Shown here piece after piece: positions 1-13,667 of a stretch of DNA of 64,000 bases. Position 1 is the stretch's first letter, and every line of letters begins with the position of its first letter. The position numbers were made by a program, and so were the translations under genes. The stretch comes from a virus. The notes beneath the pieces are model-generated. The model was not told the DNA's origin. It saw only the letters and a list, made by a program, of their open reading frames with translations, and searched no databases. The DNA lies in the IMG/VR virus record IMGVR_UViG_3300018481_000001, positions 35,991 to 99,990 of that record; one strand, written 5' to 3'.

Positions 1-2412
1 CGGTCAAGCACGGACGGGCCATGGGGATTATCGAAAATGCTCTATTGAAAACCGACTGCGCAATTGATATTACTTTGCATCGGCGCCGTAACCGCGATAC
101 TTAGTCACATATTCCATGACTAAATGAAACGGCCCGAGTAACCGTTCTTCTTCAGGAATAATTACTAACATCGTTTGGGCCAGATGATCGATACAAGGAA
201 TTGCCATCGTGGGTAACGTACCCATAGGTATCAGTGTTTTTACCTCGACCGTTTTTTCATACTTTTTTAAAAACACAGCCCCCAAAATATCGGGGCGATG
301 CTGCTCTTCAAATAAGCCGGAGCGCCACATGCACGTACGTTCTTCACACGCCATGCATGTGCCGCAATCGCGGGACTGACCCATACCCCAATCTAGTGCG
401 AATGCGAATATTGCCCATTTCAGGCTATTTCAACTATTCCAAAGTAACGACCCCAACAAGTTATACGGCGTCGGATGGTCGATACTCACCAACACCTGGG
501 ATATCTCATCACCCTGGTCGTTTTTGGTGTACGCAATGAGATATAGCGGGCCAGCGCCTTGGCGCTCTACACGAAAAGCATGATGTCGCGGCCATGTAAG
601 CGCAGCAGCTCGTAAAATACCTCTAACCATCTCATCAGGAGGGTTTGACATGTGGCGATCTCCAAGCACGCGTTCGTTCCGATATCCGGCCGATAATAAA
701 TCCAGAGAGCCAACCGAAGAACACGCCTTGCCAATATTGCGGGATATAATCCCGCCATTCTTTAGGAACAAACCGTCCCGCTAAACCTAAACCTATCAGC
801 GCGAGTATGGCTAAAATCATTTTCCATCGGAAGCTCATTGTAGCTCCTTCCATGAACAACTGATTTTAAACGGTAAAGGCTCTTCTCGGTTACGACGCGG
901 GCCTTGCCGTAACACAACTTCAAATCTAAAAGTATCGATCCAATTTCCATGAATAGCGCCGTATTGCATAATTACCCACGTGCCATCCGCATACTTCCTT
1001 TTCCAAGTCTTCCCTGGACAAGTACCCGTTGGATTGCTGTGGGAATATTCGGGCAATCGCTCGAGTTCATCCAGCCATACCCGCATACGAAAAGGCATAG
1101 TTTACAACCTAACGCGGTTTCGTAAATAACCGCAGCGAAGACCTAATAAAATCTGCAAGAAGCCTGCAAAAAACAGGACGCCTCCTGCTGCCGCCAATGT
1201 CCTAAATAAATGATGAGGAGAAGACAAGTACAACGCAACCGCGATGGATACCAACACGCGGTTTTGCGCCCGAGCCAAGGCACTGCCCCAGCTCATGGTG
1301 CGCACTAGTCTTTCCTCATTTGTCATTGTTTCATTTCTGCAGAAAACAATAAAAAACTTGCAATAACCAAAAGCACTGTCGACAACCACATGACAGCCGC
1401 TTGTTGCTTAGTGCGCTTTTTAAGCGCTGTGTTTTCTAAGTACAGCGCATTATATTGTTCCGACGCGCGCAGCCCGCATATCCCACATGCGGGGTCTTCA
1501 TCGAAATCATGATAACAATCTTGTTTATCCGTTTTCGGGTGTTGCATTGGCCGCTGCTTGCAAAAGTTCTTGTTGGCAAAGTTTTATAGCGGCCCTGGCA
1601 CCCACCGCGCGAGGATCGTCCGCCGGGTACGTTGTGCGGTCTTTATCCCATTGCTTGGCCAATTCATAGACCCAGCCTGGAATTGGTTTTCTCATGTAAG
1701 TTCCTTACATTTACCAATCACCTTGCCATAACCCTGGCGCTCCAGGGCAAATAGGAAATAGGCAGGGTCTCCAAAGACGCGTACGACATAATATCCGTCA
1801 CGCTTAATAGGCTCGGGCATGCCTACCACTTGCGCCAACACCTTTGGCACCATCGATGCCAGCGTGTTTTCGAATGCTTCCGGATTTCCGATGTCAACCA
1901 GGAAATCATTAACTTCAATAATTACACTATCAGACATCGCACATCCATTCTGGCTTGTCTGTAAACGCCTCAATATTAATGCGCCGGTTTATCACTTGAT
2001 GATTTTGAACATTGCCACAGTCGCTCACCGCAGCGGCGGCAGCTTCTTTGCTGAAGGCTCGTACGGTAAACCAAACCTCCGTGCGCAGGATTTCATCGGT
2101 GACGCAGACATAAAATGTTTCTTTATCCCACACCGTCTGTCTCCTCTCGCGTCAAGAAAATGTATTTGTCACCGACGTCCAGGATGTACCCAACGTCGTT
2201 GCCCCAGCACACCTGCGCCGTGGGGTGCGACTCGGAGATGCTCATGCCGAGACGGCATTCACCTACGTCTCGTATCACAAGCTCACCCAAGATTTCCTGT
2301 ATCTCGTAGACACGATTGGCTTTTAGCAGGTTGTTAGACCGAAAAAAGGCCATCAGCCCCAGGTCGGGTTGATGGCCTTCTTTCGGACGCGTGATGAACC
2401 GCGCCAGTGCTT

Positions 2413-2964
2413 TCATAGAGTCCAGAGAGTTGTTAAGTCGAGCTCCAGTGCGAAAGGGTGCGCTTTCCCGAGCACGTCTTTCTCATCCCACGTACCCAGA
2501 AGTTCCCAGCGACTGCCGTCCGTTTTCGCCTCGAATATTTCGAGTGTGCGTTCCGCTGGGTCCGCAATCCAAAGCCACTCTACCCCGCGCTCGAGATAGA
2601 TTTGTCGCTTGAGTCCCAGGTCATAACTTTTGGTACTAGGCGACAAAACCTCGCACACCCAGTCCGGCGCCGTTTGAAAGTATGCCGAATCCAAGTGTTC
2701 CGTGAAGTTGTGCGCGAGCCATCCTGAAAGGTCCGGCACGAGCGTCATGGGAATATGCAGCTCAACGTCGGGCAAAATAACCCAACCTCCTGCTCTTTCC
2801 ATGGGCTCAAGACGCTGGCCTATTCGATGCTGTACCAGCTGGTGTATTCCTCGTGGGCGCGGTTGAAGATACAAATCTCCTTCGATTAATTCTGCTCGCA
2901 TGTTCGGCGGCGCATCAATGACATCTTGATACGTTGCCAAATGCTTTGCTGGTTTTAATGTCAT
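2413..2964 (-). CDS. Uma2 family (PD-(D/E)XK-like) putative endonuclease
   Basis: Motifs ATYQDV..AP...RAELIEG, LVPDLSGW, APDWVCEVLSPST, GVEWLWIADP; start reassigned to MTLKPAK (ORF track starts at 3075). Confidence 0.9.
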   Translation of the reverse strand: MTLKPAKHLATYQDVIDAPPNMRAELIEGDLYLQPRPRGIHQLVQHRIGQRLEPMERAGGWVILPDVELHIPMTLVPDLSGWLAHNFTEHLDSAYFQTAPDWVCEVLSPSTKSYDLGLKRQIYLERGVEWLWIADPAERTLEIFEAKTDGSRWELLGTWDEKDVLGKAHPFALELDLTTLWTL

Positions 2965-3096
2965 ATTAAACCTCTGTATATGCGACAGATACCGCTTTAC
3001 CAGGGTATTTCTTCTGCGCTTTTTTCTCAGCAGAGTTGTGCCCTGCTGCTTTAATCGTACCCACTTCAATGCCATCTACGTAAACGATAAACGTCT

Positions 3097-3390
3097 TCAT
3101 CGCTCAACCAATGTAAGAATACATTGAAACTCTCGGTTGCGCTTTTCTTTGCCTTTTTTGGAGGGCGCAACCAACGGCCCATACCATTTGCCGCCCGCAC
3201 GCTTCACGTCAGCGATTTGTCCTCCTGAAGGGATCGTACCGTCAAGCGTATAAAGCGTTACCTGCTTACCCTTTCGAACAAGCGTCATGTAAAGCCCTTT
3301 GGGATAGGGTCGTTTTAAACGCACCCAATACCAGCCATCCAGACTGGGTGCGTCTTGCCATTTCTTACGTTTCACGTATGAATGGCCCAA
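3097..3390 (-). CDS. Hypothetical protein, W-x3-P-x3-GWYWVR family
   Basis: WQDAPSLDGWYWVR; similar motif in 26437-26658 and the C-terminus of 16591-17076. Confidence 0.6.
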   Translation of the reverse strand: MGHSYVKRKKWQDAPSLDGWYWVRLKRPYPKGLYMTLVRKGKQVTLYTLDGTIPSGGQIADVKRAGGKWYGPLVAPSKKGKEKRNREFQCILTLVER

Positions 3391-5781
3391 CCATTTTCCG
3401 GCACGAGGCTCACCGAAAACGTTTCCACGCCGTAACCATCGGGAATGGTTCGACCGTCTGACAGCTCCCAGCCACCCTGCGGCCCGTGCAGAATCAGACC
3501 CCCATTGAGAATCTGTGTGTTGTCCGCAATTCGCGTGATGACGAACTGGAAACTCGCGGGCGAAAAGTCTTTGTAGAGCGTGGTCTGGTATTCACCCTTG
3601 CACGCCACGCCCCACGTCGTGGGCATGACCCGCTGACCGGGCTCGTAGTATTTGATATTCGGCAAAAGACCGTCCGCGCGGTCATACATCACATGTAGCT
3701 TGTAAATTTGACGCCAGAACGCTTCCCCCAAATTGTGCCGTTCAGCGTGATCGCAAACTTTCTGGAAATATTCAATATCAGAAATAACTAGCATTTTTAC
3801 TCTCCAAATACCTTGTACCGCTAATTTATGTATCTTTTCTTGTAATGTATAAGGTCGCCTCAGCGTTCTCAATGATTACACGCAACCGCTCACGCTGTGT
3901 CGCATCAGCGCTACGTATTTTACTCAGTATTTCCATCATTTTTATATCCAGCACATTTAGCAGTTCGTCCATCGAGTCCATCCGATTGTTTCTTTCTGGA
4001 CATAAATCCAAACATGCCGCCGTTACTTTCCGGTTGGTCTTTTTCAAAACCACACTCGGCCAGGGGGTTTAGCCGTCGTTGACAATACGCCATGGCTTCG
4101 AAATTGCAAACTGCAGTGCAATAATCACAAGACCATGGATAATATCCGGCGGGCATTTCATCACCGAGGTGATCTCTCGCCACAACAACACCGCTTTTCT
4201 TTGGGCTGCCACCACATTGTCAATAGCGCCAATAAAATTGCTTCTTTACGAGAAACGATCGCCATGGGGGTGATGTGCTTATCAAAATCAAGTAATCCGA
4301 GAGTTGTCAAATCTTCATTCTGTATACTATGCATTAAGCAACTGCGCCTGAACTACGATGATTTGGGCGAGCTTTTTTTGATGCTCCGCGAGATGTTCTT
4401 TGATAATCTCGAGGGAATCAGGTGAGCTTTTGTAGAGCTTCAAATCACTGTTGTTGAAACCTATTTTTTCCAAGACGCGATTTTTAAGCAAATCCAGCCC
4501 TTCATCAAGGAGCTCTATCTGCTCAGGCGTTATTTTTAAACTCTTTTCCAATTTGTTTTAACTCTTTCTGCAGATACCTGCTTGGAAACCAGTCACAATT
4601 GGTTCTATCCTTTACACTCGGTCCGAGCAACCAAGTGCATCGTTTAATGTGCCCGCAGTCGCTGCAGGTTTTCCCTGCGGGCAACTTCATATCAAATTCT
4701 TCCAAATTAATCGTCCTTTTCTACCGTCTCGAGGCCCCAGAGCATAAATATCTGGCTCTCGGTACCGTCGTCATCGACCACCGTATCGACACCACCCAGT
4801 TGTATTGGCAAGCACCCGTCCGCAGAATCACTGACGACGTCAATATCGCCGTGCTTGTTAAAGGCTGCCTGGAGTTCTTTGATAACTTCAGAGATCTTCA
4901 CTTTGCAGCTCCTTCAATTTTGCCAAAAACACAGACATCATGACCCGCGCCGCTTCGTGCGCGTCATAGTCATGCTCAAAAGGACCCTCTTCCGCCACCT
5001 TCGTACCGGGTGGGTAATTGAGCTGTGCGTAAAGCCCGTCTTCTTTTGCGATTACACCAGAAGTTGCAAGTACTGACATGCACTTAATCTAGGCCGGCTG
5101 CCGTACGCCTGCTGCCTCACCAATAATATCTATTTTTGTATTTAACGCGCCGTGCCCGGTTGCGCTCCGCTCGTGTGCCCTGTTCAAAACCGGTGCTGTA
5201 ACCCTCACTGAACCCGGCATTCGACCCCGCAGACCGTGCCACTACAGCAGTTGCCAAAGCCACTGCAGCACCCCCAGCTAGCATTTGCCAGAAAGTGATT
5301 CTGGACCGCGCAGGAGAATCGTCATCGTCATCGGCATCCTGCTCAAGACTCACAAATGCTGCAGCAACAATCGCATCACATTGTTTTTTGTATTCGTCAG
5401 CGTCCTCATCCATTTCAATCTTAATTTTATTATGAAGAGCCAAAAACTTATCGAGTGCCATGCTACTCCCTCAATTTAACTAATTCTTCATCGAACTTCA
5501 ACCCGAGCTCTCCCGAGAGACCCAGTGCAGTAAGTGCAGACGCAAACGTTTTTAACACCGTATCACTGAGATTTCTAAAACCAGTGAATGTCTCGCCGTT
5601 ATGTCTGAGCTCGTCCCAATTGCCCATAGAATCTCGGTACAAAATCCTCCAGCCTTTAAGCCCACCATAGACATCTTTGAGATTCTCTACGACGGCCTCC
5701 GCGTCGTTGGTCACGCTTCTGGCGCCATGTAAATCAACAACCGCAATGATTCCGATTTCACGGAACTCTTGCGCGTAGTAT

Positions 5782-6318
5782 TTACTCTGAGGCATCGACT
5801 TGCTCCATCATGCCCGTTAACAAATCGAGCGTTTTATGCAGAATATCTAGTGTAGTTCTGCAATGCAGCTCATGACGGAAACGATACTCAATACGCGACC
5901 GCAGCTCTGTACCGTTTTTCTTGGTCACAATGCAGTGATGTCCTTTGCGATTTTCGTATATAAAAATCTCAAGCATCTGCGGATTTTTCAGCTCGCTTTC
6001 ACCTAGAATTTCTAACCCAATTTCTGCTCCTGCGGCTTTTATTTTATTAAATTTTTCAGTATATTGCTGTTGACGCTTCATCCAGAACGCCGACGGGGCA
6101 CCTGTGACAGACGCCAGGCGATCGGCGATGCTTTGGTCGATAACAATAAGTCCCTCAAAAAACTCATCCGACTGCACAAGGCCCCACCCCATGTGCATAC
6201 GAAACTGCTCTACCGAAATATTATTTTCATCGAGACAGTCTCGTACTGACTCGTGCGGGGGAGATATCCAGTCGGGCTCGAACGGCCGGTCTTCATTGTC
6301 TGGTTCATCGTCCTGCAT
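5782..6318 (-). CDS. HigA/XRE-like HTH protein (orphan antitoxin-like N-terminus)
   Basis: FEPDWISPP.ESV.D.L....IS...F...MG...IA.RLA.V.G....FW..RQ..Y matches the HigA-type HTH pattern. Confidence 0.7.
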   Translation of the reverse strand: MQDDEPDNEDRPFEPDWISPPHESVRDCLDENNISVEQFRMHMGWGLVQSDEFFEGLIVIDQSIADRLASVTGAPSAFWMKRQQQYTEKFNKIKAAGAEIGLEILGESELKNPQMLEIFIYENRKGHHCIVTKKNGTELRSRIEYRFRHELHCRTTLDILHKTLDLLTGMMEQVDASE

Positions 6319-9020
6319 TGAGTTTCCTTATGGTCGCACGCGTGGTCTCGAGCGCCGTAAAACATCGCCGCAAACACGAAGGACAAATGAGCTCCCCCGC
6401 CGACGCCTCCATAACCAAGCTTCCGAAGGTCGCAGTTTGTTTCCAGCCCACGGGGAAATATGTCGGCTGTTCGACGATGACTATTTTTACTTCTTCCGCA
6501 CCGCACCAATCACAAACACAATTGGACTGGGCAGGCGTAACGCTATAGCCCATTTTATCCTCCGTACTTTGCGGCGTATTCCTTTGCCGCGTGTACCAAC
6601 TCCGCACGCCATTCTTCAATGTATACCTGCCGCTCAACAGGCGTCTGGTCCGCGATACCCAGCCGCTGTGCGATGTTTTCCGGCAGCGGCTTTTCAAGCA
6701 ACGTATAAAGCATGGTAAGTGCTTCACGCCCCAACGGACTTGGTTCAAATACCCCCGTAGGCTCACCGCGCGCTTTGCGATCGAGCAGTGTAAAAAACTC
6801 AATAAGCACCAGACGCTCCATCGCATCAGGTGCCGTCATGAGATTAAAAGACTTAGGTGTCTTTTTTCGTGCCGCCTTCGCACCGGATTTAGCTTGTTTG
6901 GGTTTTGACATAATTATTTCGCTGGGGAGTCCATAAACTGCAAAACATGCTTCGTAATAGCGTCAAACTCATTCGGCGTGTAATACCGAATACCGCTATC
7001 TGCGATAATCTTGATATACTGGGTACCGTCTTCCCAGCGCGCCAAATACGCTGTGGCTTTGGAACACGTGGGACACCACAAAAGTTTGGTGGCCAGTGAA
7101 TTTTCAGGCTGTACCAAGTTGGCGAGCCCGCAACTACAAACCAATTGTTTTACGCGTTTCATGCGTTTGCCTCTTTGGCAATTGGTGTGCACCCTAAGAT
7201 GCACCATCCGTAGTCATCTGACACGTCACTCATCGCATGTTCGATCGCAGCCAGGAAATTAACGGCGTTTACCGTTACCTCGAGTCGCGTGGGCAAAGTT
7301 TGATTGCCATCGTACGTCTCATCGAGGTCCCATTCAATATTATTTAGTATTACTTTGTATTGTTGCATAGAACGACTTCAGGTCATCCACGCACTCGACG
7401 AGAGATCGCGGTGGGTTGTTCGTCATGATTTCTGTTTTATAAATTTCAACGCCCGATTTACTGGCCCACTCCATATGCTCTGCAATGCGGTACACCGGCT
7501 GGTTGGTTTCTTTATCTAGTCCGGTTTGAACGATTATTCTCTTCATTGATTAAATCCTGTAGACAGTGTTCACACACCGCTTGGTTTTTGTCGTCATTAA
7601 TATAATGCGTTGCTAGCTTGCCACAAATACTGCCATCTACGCACAGCTGCCAACAGCGATGCCACGTATCCTCCAGCTTTGTACTTTTCATATTGGACGA
7701 TAATTATCCGGAGGCGTGATTACCTCTTCTTTCAAAAGAGCTTGTAGACATTCCTCACACACCAACCAGTTTTCCATATTTTCAACCATGTACTTGGCTG
7801 CGTTTGTGCAGTGTTGTTCATCACCGGTGTCTCTATCTACATCCGTGATTTGTCCGCACTTGGGTTGAATAGACATATAGTATTTCTTCTCCCCTGGGCG
7901 ACTCCTGCCACGCGCAGACATTGTCGACCCTAAGCCATGAAATTTATCGAGGTCCCGGTTCAGCAGCGTAATGGCTGCAGAGAGCTCTTGTCGCGAATCT
8001 ACTTCGTACCAATTCACGCCTCGAAAGTCGCCCGTGATTGTGACTGCGAATACTCCCCACGTACCTTCCGCCTGTGGACGAACAATGATTACAATTCCGT
8101 CATCAGAGGCACGGTTCAGTTCCTTGGGCGTTAAAGTAACCTTGGAATATGTTCGTATGTATTTTCTTGTTTTAACCATTAATAACAGCCGTAACCGATG
8201 ACATACACAGTTACGCCCGGCATAGTGTCTTCGCAATCTGCAACAGCTTGTACATCTTCATCCGTAATTTTTTGCGACACGGGCCCAAAATTTAACGTGC
8301 GCGGGTACCCGCAACCATTGCCGCCGTCGAGAATCATGATTTCCGCGTCGGGCGGTAGTTCTTGTAATTTTTTTATTAACTCGTTTATTGTCATACGTAT
8401 TTACTCATATTTATCCAGCTGCGCACGGAACGCTTCATGGAATTTAGCCATCATGATTTTATCAGCTTTAGTTGCCTGTTTCTCGCAGTAGCGCTGGTAC
8501 ACAAGCAGCCCCGTCAAAATGACCACAACCACCATGGTTACCGCCCAACCTAGTCTTATCCAAGGCACCACGAGGCCGTCCGCTATGCCGACTGCCACGT
8601 ACGCCCAGAGCGCACGCTGACCCTTACGGCGCCAACGATGCATTTCTTCGCTGTGCGGCCCCACCACAGCGAAGACTTCCTGGTACGCCTCTTCGTAAGG
8701 CTTAGAAGGGATCGCCATTGTCTTCCAGCTTCACCGGCTCGAGAGGCTGCACCACATACCCGAGCGCCTTTCGACGCAGATGGTAACGCTCAATGTTCTC
8801 CGGTCGCGTTCGAAACAAACTTATTTTTACGACGCATTCTTTAATCTGCTCGTCGCTAAAAATCATCCCTTCTTTATCATCAATTTGCCTCAACCCCAGT
8901 CGGCCCACTTCGCCCGTGATCTCATCCACGTCGATACCCAACGAAATGCCCAAGGGGTGAAGCACCGTTCGGTTAATTTCAAACAGCAGTCCTGAATCCA
9001 ACAGGTCTTTATTTGTGAAA

Positions 9021-9440
9021 TTAGCCATAGAGAATCGCTGCTCCATTGCAGATTACATGTAAGACGTTGTCCGCGTAAATATAGAGCCATATCGCCATAA
9101 AAGGCGGGCGGTCTTTGTGGTAGCCCGTGGCGTTACATTCCGCCCAAGGGTAATTACTTCCTGGGGGCCCAATAAAGTTCTTGGCCCACACTACATATCG
9201 CGCCAATCGATGGCGGTCGATAATCCAGTGCGTAAAGAAGATGGCAAAAATCGCTAGTGGTTTTTGCGTCAACACCAGAAATGGCAGCGTATACGTCAAC
9301 GCGTGCACGATCACTGCGGCTAATCCGGTCCATGATTTTTCAGCTTTCTTATTTGCCATCCAATCGCTCTGAATCACGTAATCCCCGATTGCGTGCAGCA
9401 GCAATTGATCCGCCGTAATAAACATATTTATTCCTTGCAC
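9021..9440 (-). CDS. DUF3307-like membrane protein
   Basis: HAIGDYVIQSDWMA..K, H..ID and ADN..H motifs with hydrophobic segments. Confidence 0.75.
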   Translation of the reverse strand: MQGINMFITADQLLLHAIGDYVIQSDWMANKKAEKSWTGLAAVIVHALTYTLPFLVLTQKPLAIFAIFFTHWIIDRHRLARYVVWAKNFIGPPGSNYPWAECNATGYHKDRPPFMAIWLYIYADNVLHVICNGAAILYG

Positions 9441-9766
9441 ATTTTGCTAGCACGCAGCATCCCCAGACGCGCCACAGTCATAATCTGTATCATCACACGT
9501 AACCGTGTTTTTTGCTCTAAATCGGGTATTACCAAGAGCTCTGTCTTGGCTACAGCAATTTCATGTTCAATCACTTCAGCAATATCAAGTAGATTTTGTT
9601 TTTCCATCTTCTCGTTTACGTCGCCAACGTGTGGTGTAAAAACAAATAACAAATACAATAGGTACGCTCGCTATGTTGAGCGCTCGTTCATCAAGGCCAA
9701 ACCAAACCGATGCGTAGTGCGTGCAAGTTGTTGCGATGAGTCCGGCCGTTAATCCAATTAATAAAC

Positions 9767-10195
9767 TCATGGACGATACTGACGTAACGTTACCAAAGAA
9801 TTGTAATATTTAGAAGAACGAGCGCGGTCTGCCGGCGTTGGATTGGGGATTCGACGCAAATCCATGTTGTCTTGTAAGTCCGCCATTTTTACACGGCGCG
9901 CTAGCTTGTTTACCGAAACACGCCTGATAAACGTTTTATAGTCTTCATCTTTTTTGCGCGTAAGCATTCCTACTGCCACAACAACTTCGTCAGAAAATCC
10001 TTCTTGCTTTAAATTATCGAGAGTTACGTTGGAGTCTTCCACCACGTCATGCAGCACTGCTGCGATACGCTCCTCCAGCGTTTCCATCGCCAGCATGACG
10101 CGCAGAGGATGCAAAATATACGGCGCACCGCCTTTATCAAGCTGGTGACGATGTGCATTCACCGCAATCTCAATGGCGCGGTCAAGGGTACTCAT
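9767..10195 (-). CDS. HD-domain hydrolase, Mesh1/SpoT-like small alarmone hydrolase
   Basis: AH..Q.DKGGAPYILHP, AAVLHDVVED, VKMADLQDN; start set to MSTLDRAI. Confidence 0.85.
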   Translation of the reverse strand: MSTLDRAIEIAVNAHRHQLDKGGAPYILHPLRVMLAMETLEERIAAVLHDVVEDSNVTLDNLKQEGFSDEVVVAVGMLTRKKDEDYKTFIRRVSVNKLARRVKMADLQDNMDLRRIPNPTPADRARSSKYYNSLVTLRQYRP

Positions 10196-12681
10196 CAAAT
10201 CCTGCGATATGTTTATCTTCCCAAAGTTTACGCGCTTCGAGCATCCCTTGCGCATGCGTTAGCGGCTCGGGAGTATTCCATGGTCCGTACCGCTCTACAA
10301 TTTCTTTACCGTCTTCAATCGTACTGTCGACCGTACAGTAGCGACCTGCGGGATCCATTTCTATTTCCCAAGAATAGATAACTCCTGAAGGGAGTCGTTT
10401 AAATAGTCGAGGCAACATAACTACCGATAGGTGTTGTAAAGAATCGTTGTTACTTCTTTGGCCAGCGGCTGCGGCACCTTCCCCGTAAGCACATACTCAT
10501 TTTTACATTTCCGTATGTGCGTGGCTATTTGGTAATTTTCTTTAAGAAAATCCCTGACCGGCGTGAGCGCCTCAAAAGGCCCTGCGACACGCAGCTTCAT
10601 GGGCGCATCAGGGTCTGTACCCTCTTCTGCCCTTAGGTGTTCTATGGACATTGCCCGTCCTCCTCTACCTCCTTGGCCATCTCTAGCTCAAGAAGTCGCT
10701 CTTCTTCCTCAGCTTCTGCGCGCTGTTCACACGTGTGCATGCACTTGGCGCAAAGCCACTGGTCAGGCCAGGCAATTTCAGGCGGGCAATCGTAGAGCGG
10801 CTCGAGACGCTTACATATTTCGCAATTGCCAACAGTTTGCATAAACCCCCCTCTAGTGCAGCATCGCCGAGGCAGGCATATCCGAAATATACGCGACAGG
10901 TACACGCATCCCACGCGGCACATGCACTGCGACCCAAGACTCTGTTTCGTCACTACTCAACAGAATTATTTCGGGCCCGAGCCCCGTGACGTCTGCCTTA
11001 ACCTCAATGTGCACACACGAACTCTTTTCGTCGCGCATCGAGGGCATCGGCAAAAAGGACATCATTCCGTTTTGCACGTTCCAATGTTCTTTTTCAAATC
11101 GTGCCACGGTCGGCCACGTATGAAACGCTTTATAAAACTCCGTCGCGGCCATGGCTACTACAGCACTGGGTCGTTCAGGGCGTCGCATCGGCAATTTCCT
11201 CATTTTCTGTAAAAGAGACACTAAATGCTTATACCTCAAATGCCCGGAAGCCAACGGAGCAGGTACAAGACCAAAATCACAATCAAAATAATCCAGACGA
11301 TGTTGGCGCCTTGGAAGTTTGGCGAATAACTGCGATATGCCGGCATGTTGTTAAAAACCAACATGAAAATAAAAATTACGAGCAATACGTACAACAGATT
11401 ATGCATTTGATTTCCTCCGAAACGTTTCGATGATAATTTGTAGCCAGGTTTTTTTCTTTAACACTTCAACTTCTTGTTTGAGCTCCTGCAGCTGCCAATC
11501 GAGCTGGTTGAGCCGTTCTACTACATCCGTACCCGTACTCGCGTACATCCCTGTCGCTGTAGCAGCCGGGAACAAATCGACAGGAGGTGGTGGACCCGAT
11601 AAAGACCCATCGAGCTTGGGCGCCATCACGGGCGAACGCTTGGGCAGCACGTCCGCTACGTACACGTTGTCCGGCGCTAGAGAGACCGCTGGACCGTAGT
11701 CCTGCGGCTCCTCAGGCTCCTCAGCCGGCTCGGAATCGAGCACAGGCATACTGGGCGACACCGAGATGCTCGGCGGCTCTTCTGACGGGCTTGGCGAAGG
11801 CACAGTGCCCTCCAATACCTCACGCGGTAGCCGGGGCGCTGGGGGAAGAGATTTTTCGTCTGGCATACGTGCCTCCACTGTAGTCAACGTGCACCCTGCG
11901 CCGTAAACCACTGCTCGACTTTTCGCTGACGATTGCCTGTGGGTAAATGTCGAAAGGCTGTTAAATCCTCACGCAAATCAGCCGGCATATCTTCGTCGGC
12001 CATCCCTTCCACACTCAGCTTCCAAACAATACGCTGCGGCGTTGCGTCACGTACACGCTTGTGGGCAAACGCAATCAGTGCATCAAAACGTTTGGCCATG
12101 ACAGCACCTAAAAATAAAACAAGCCGCAGAGACCTACGGCTTTCGCATTACGCTTTGTTCTTGGGAACCGGGGCCATGATGGGATCGAAGAACTGCGGTT
12201 GTTCTCTTCGAAACTGCCCTACGATAGCTCCTGCCACCAAAAGCTTATTTTGATCTCGAGGGGGCAGTGCATTAAACTCATCCGTTGTAAGCTGTGCCCA
12301 ACCGTTTTCTAAAAGTTGAAGCGCTGCTTTACAATACACGCACAAAGAAATGGCTTTTCCTGGTTCAAGCCGGGTTCCATCTTTTAATGCCGTCCAGCCT
12401 CTAATACTCATATTGCAATTGGGGCATTTATAATGATCCCCATGCAAGACGCCCTGGTCAACCATCGTCAGTTCCAGGGGGCCACGCATAAAGCTTGCCT
12501 TGGTCATCCGCCTGCATGCCTGTGTAAATCACAAGCTGCCCGTCATCACTCTTTCCAATATGCGCTCTTGGCAGTACTCCCCGCATATCTTTGGTTAGCT
12601 GCCGTAGCGTAAGGTGCGTTCGCCCGGAAACAATTTTTTCTAGATCGCTGTGAATTCTCATCCCGCGCTCCAGATTAGTTT

Positions 12682-12912
12682 CTATTTTTCTTGGCATGCA
12701 ATACTCGCATTGGCCCAGTGAATCGCTGAGCGAACATGGTCAATCGCAACGTCACGATCATGGCTTTCCGGGCAGAGTGCTGCAATCACACGCCCCAAAG
12801 CACCGCCGGCTGCCCGGAGCTGTTCATAACGTTCAGCCTGATCCCCTTCGGGTTTGTGGTAGCTAAACCAATTGTTGATTTGCTGGATTTCTTCGGCGAG
12901 TTTATTTGCCAC
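12682..12912 (-). CDS. Acb2/Tad1-like helical hairpin protein (candidate cyclic-nucleotide sponge)
   Basis: FSYH.P.GDQ.ERYE.LR...CPES..R..AI.......WANASIA resembles the Acb2/Tad1 hairpin family (recognised from memory). Confidence 0.55.
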   Translation of the reverse strand: MANKLAEEIQQINNWFSYHKPEGDQAERYEQLRAAGGALGRVIAALCPESHDRDVAIDHVRSAIHWANASIACQEK

Positions 12913-13667
12913 TAGGCACCAGTTTTTCCAGAGTTTTTTCTTCTATTTCTTCTAAGTCGATAATAGCCGCGCGTGCCTTATCCCAATCAGCACAGTTCAT
13001 GAACGCGCATGAGAAGAAAATAGGGTAGCCATTAATGGCCCTGGGTCCCGCGTCTTTGTAGTACGCGTAGATCGTACCTACGTCATTAAAATCAATATGG
13101 GATGCACCGCCCAAGCCTAGCGGCATAAAAATACTACCAACTAAGGTCTTGGCGCCTTCCTTGATATGCTGGAAAATAAATACTTGATTGGCTCTGTAGT
13201 CTGCGACGAACTTGCGCAGGTCATCCGTAGATAAATCAGGTACTTTTTGTTTGGGGGTTTCTTCGTCAGGTTTATCTTCAGAATTGTCTTCAGACACCTT
13301 CCACCTTAAATTCGCAATCTGCTATTTTTAATTGGTGCACCAGCACAATGGCCGCACGGGCAGAGTTCAGCGCGATTTGCGGCCCAGGGGCTTCGATAGT
13401 GTCTTCGAGTATGAGGGGTATTTCACCCCTTTTCGTCACTGTCACTTTGTATTTCGGCATAACGTTTTTTCAGCTCCTCCCAAGCTTCTTTTAATTCCAG
13501 GACTTGAATAAGCCCAGGATTGTATACCGTGAGATTGGCGAAAAGTTCTTCGACATCTACGAGGAGTTTTTGTTCGCAACGCATGCGATATTGGCTCACG
13601 GTAGCGGCGCGATTATCGTCCTGGCCGTCGAGCACAAAGGCTACGTCACAATCTTCATCGGTAATCA

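Noticed and set aside
9021-9440. YADN motif as an RT active site
   Set aside because: Lies in a small DUF3307-like membrane protein and is not YADD
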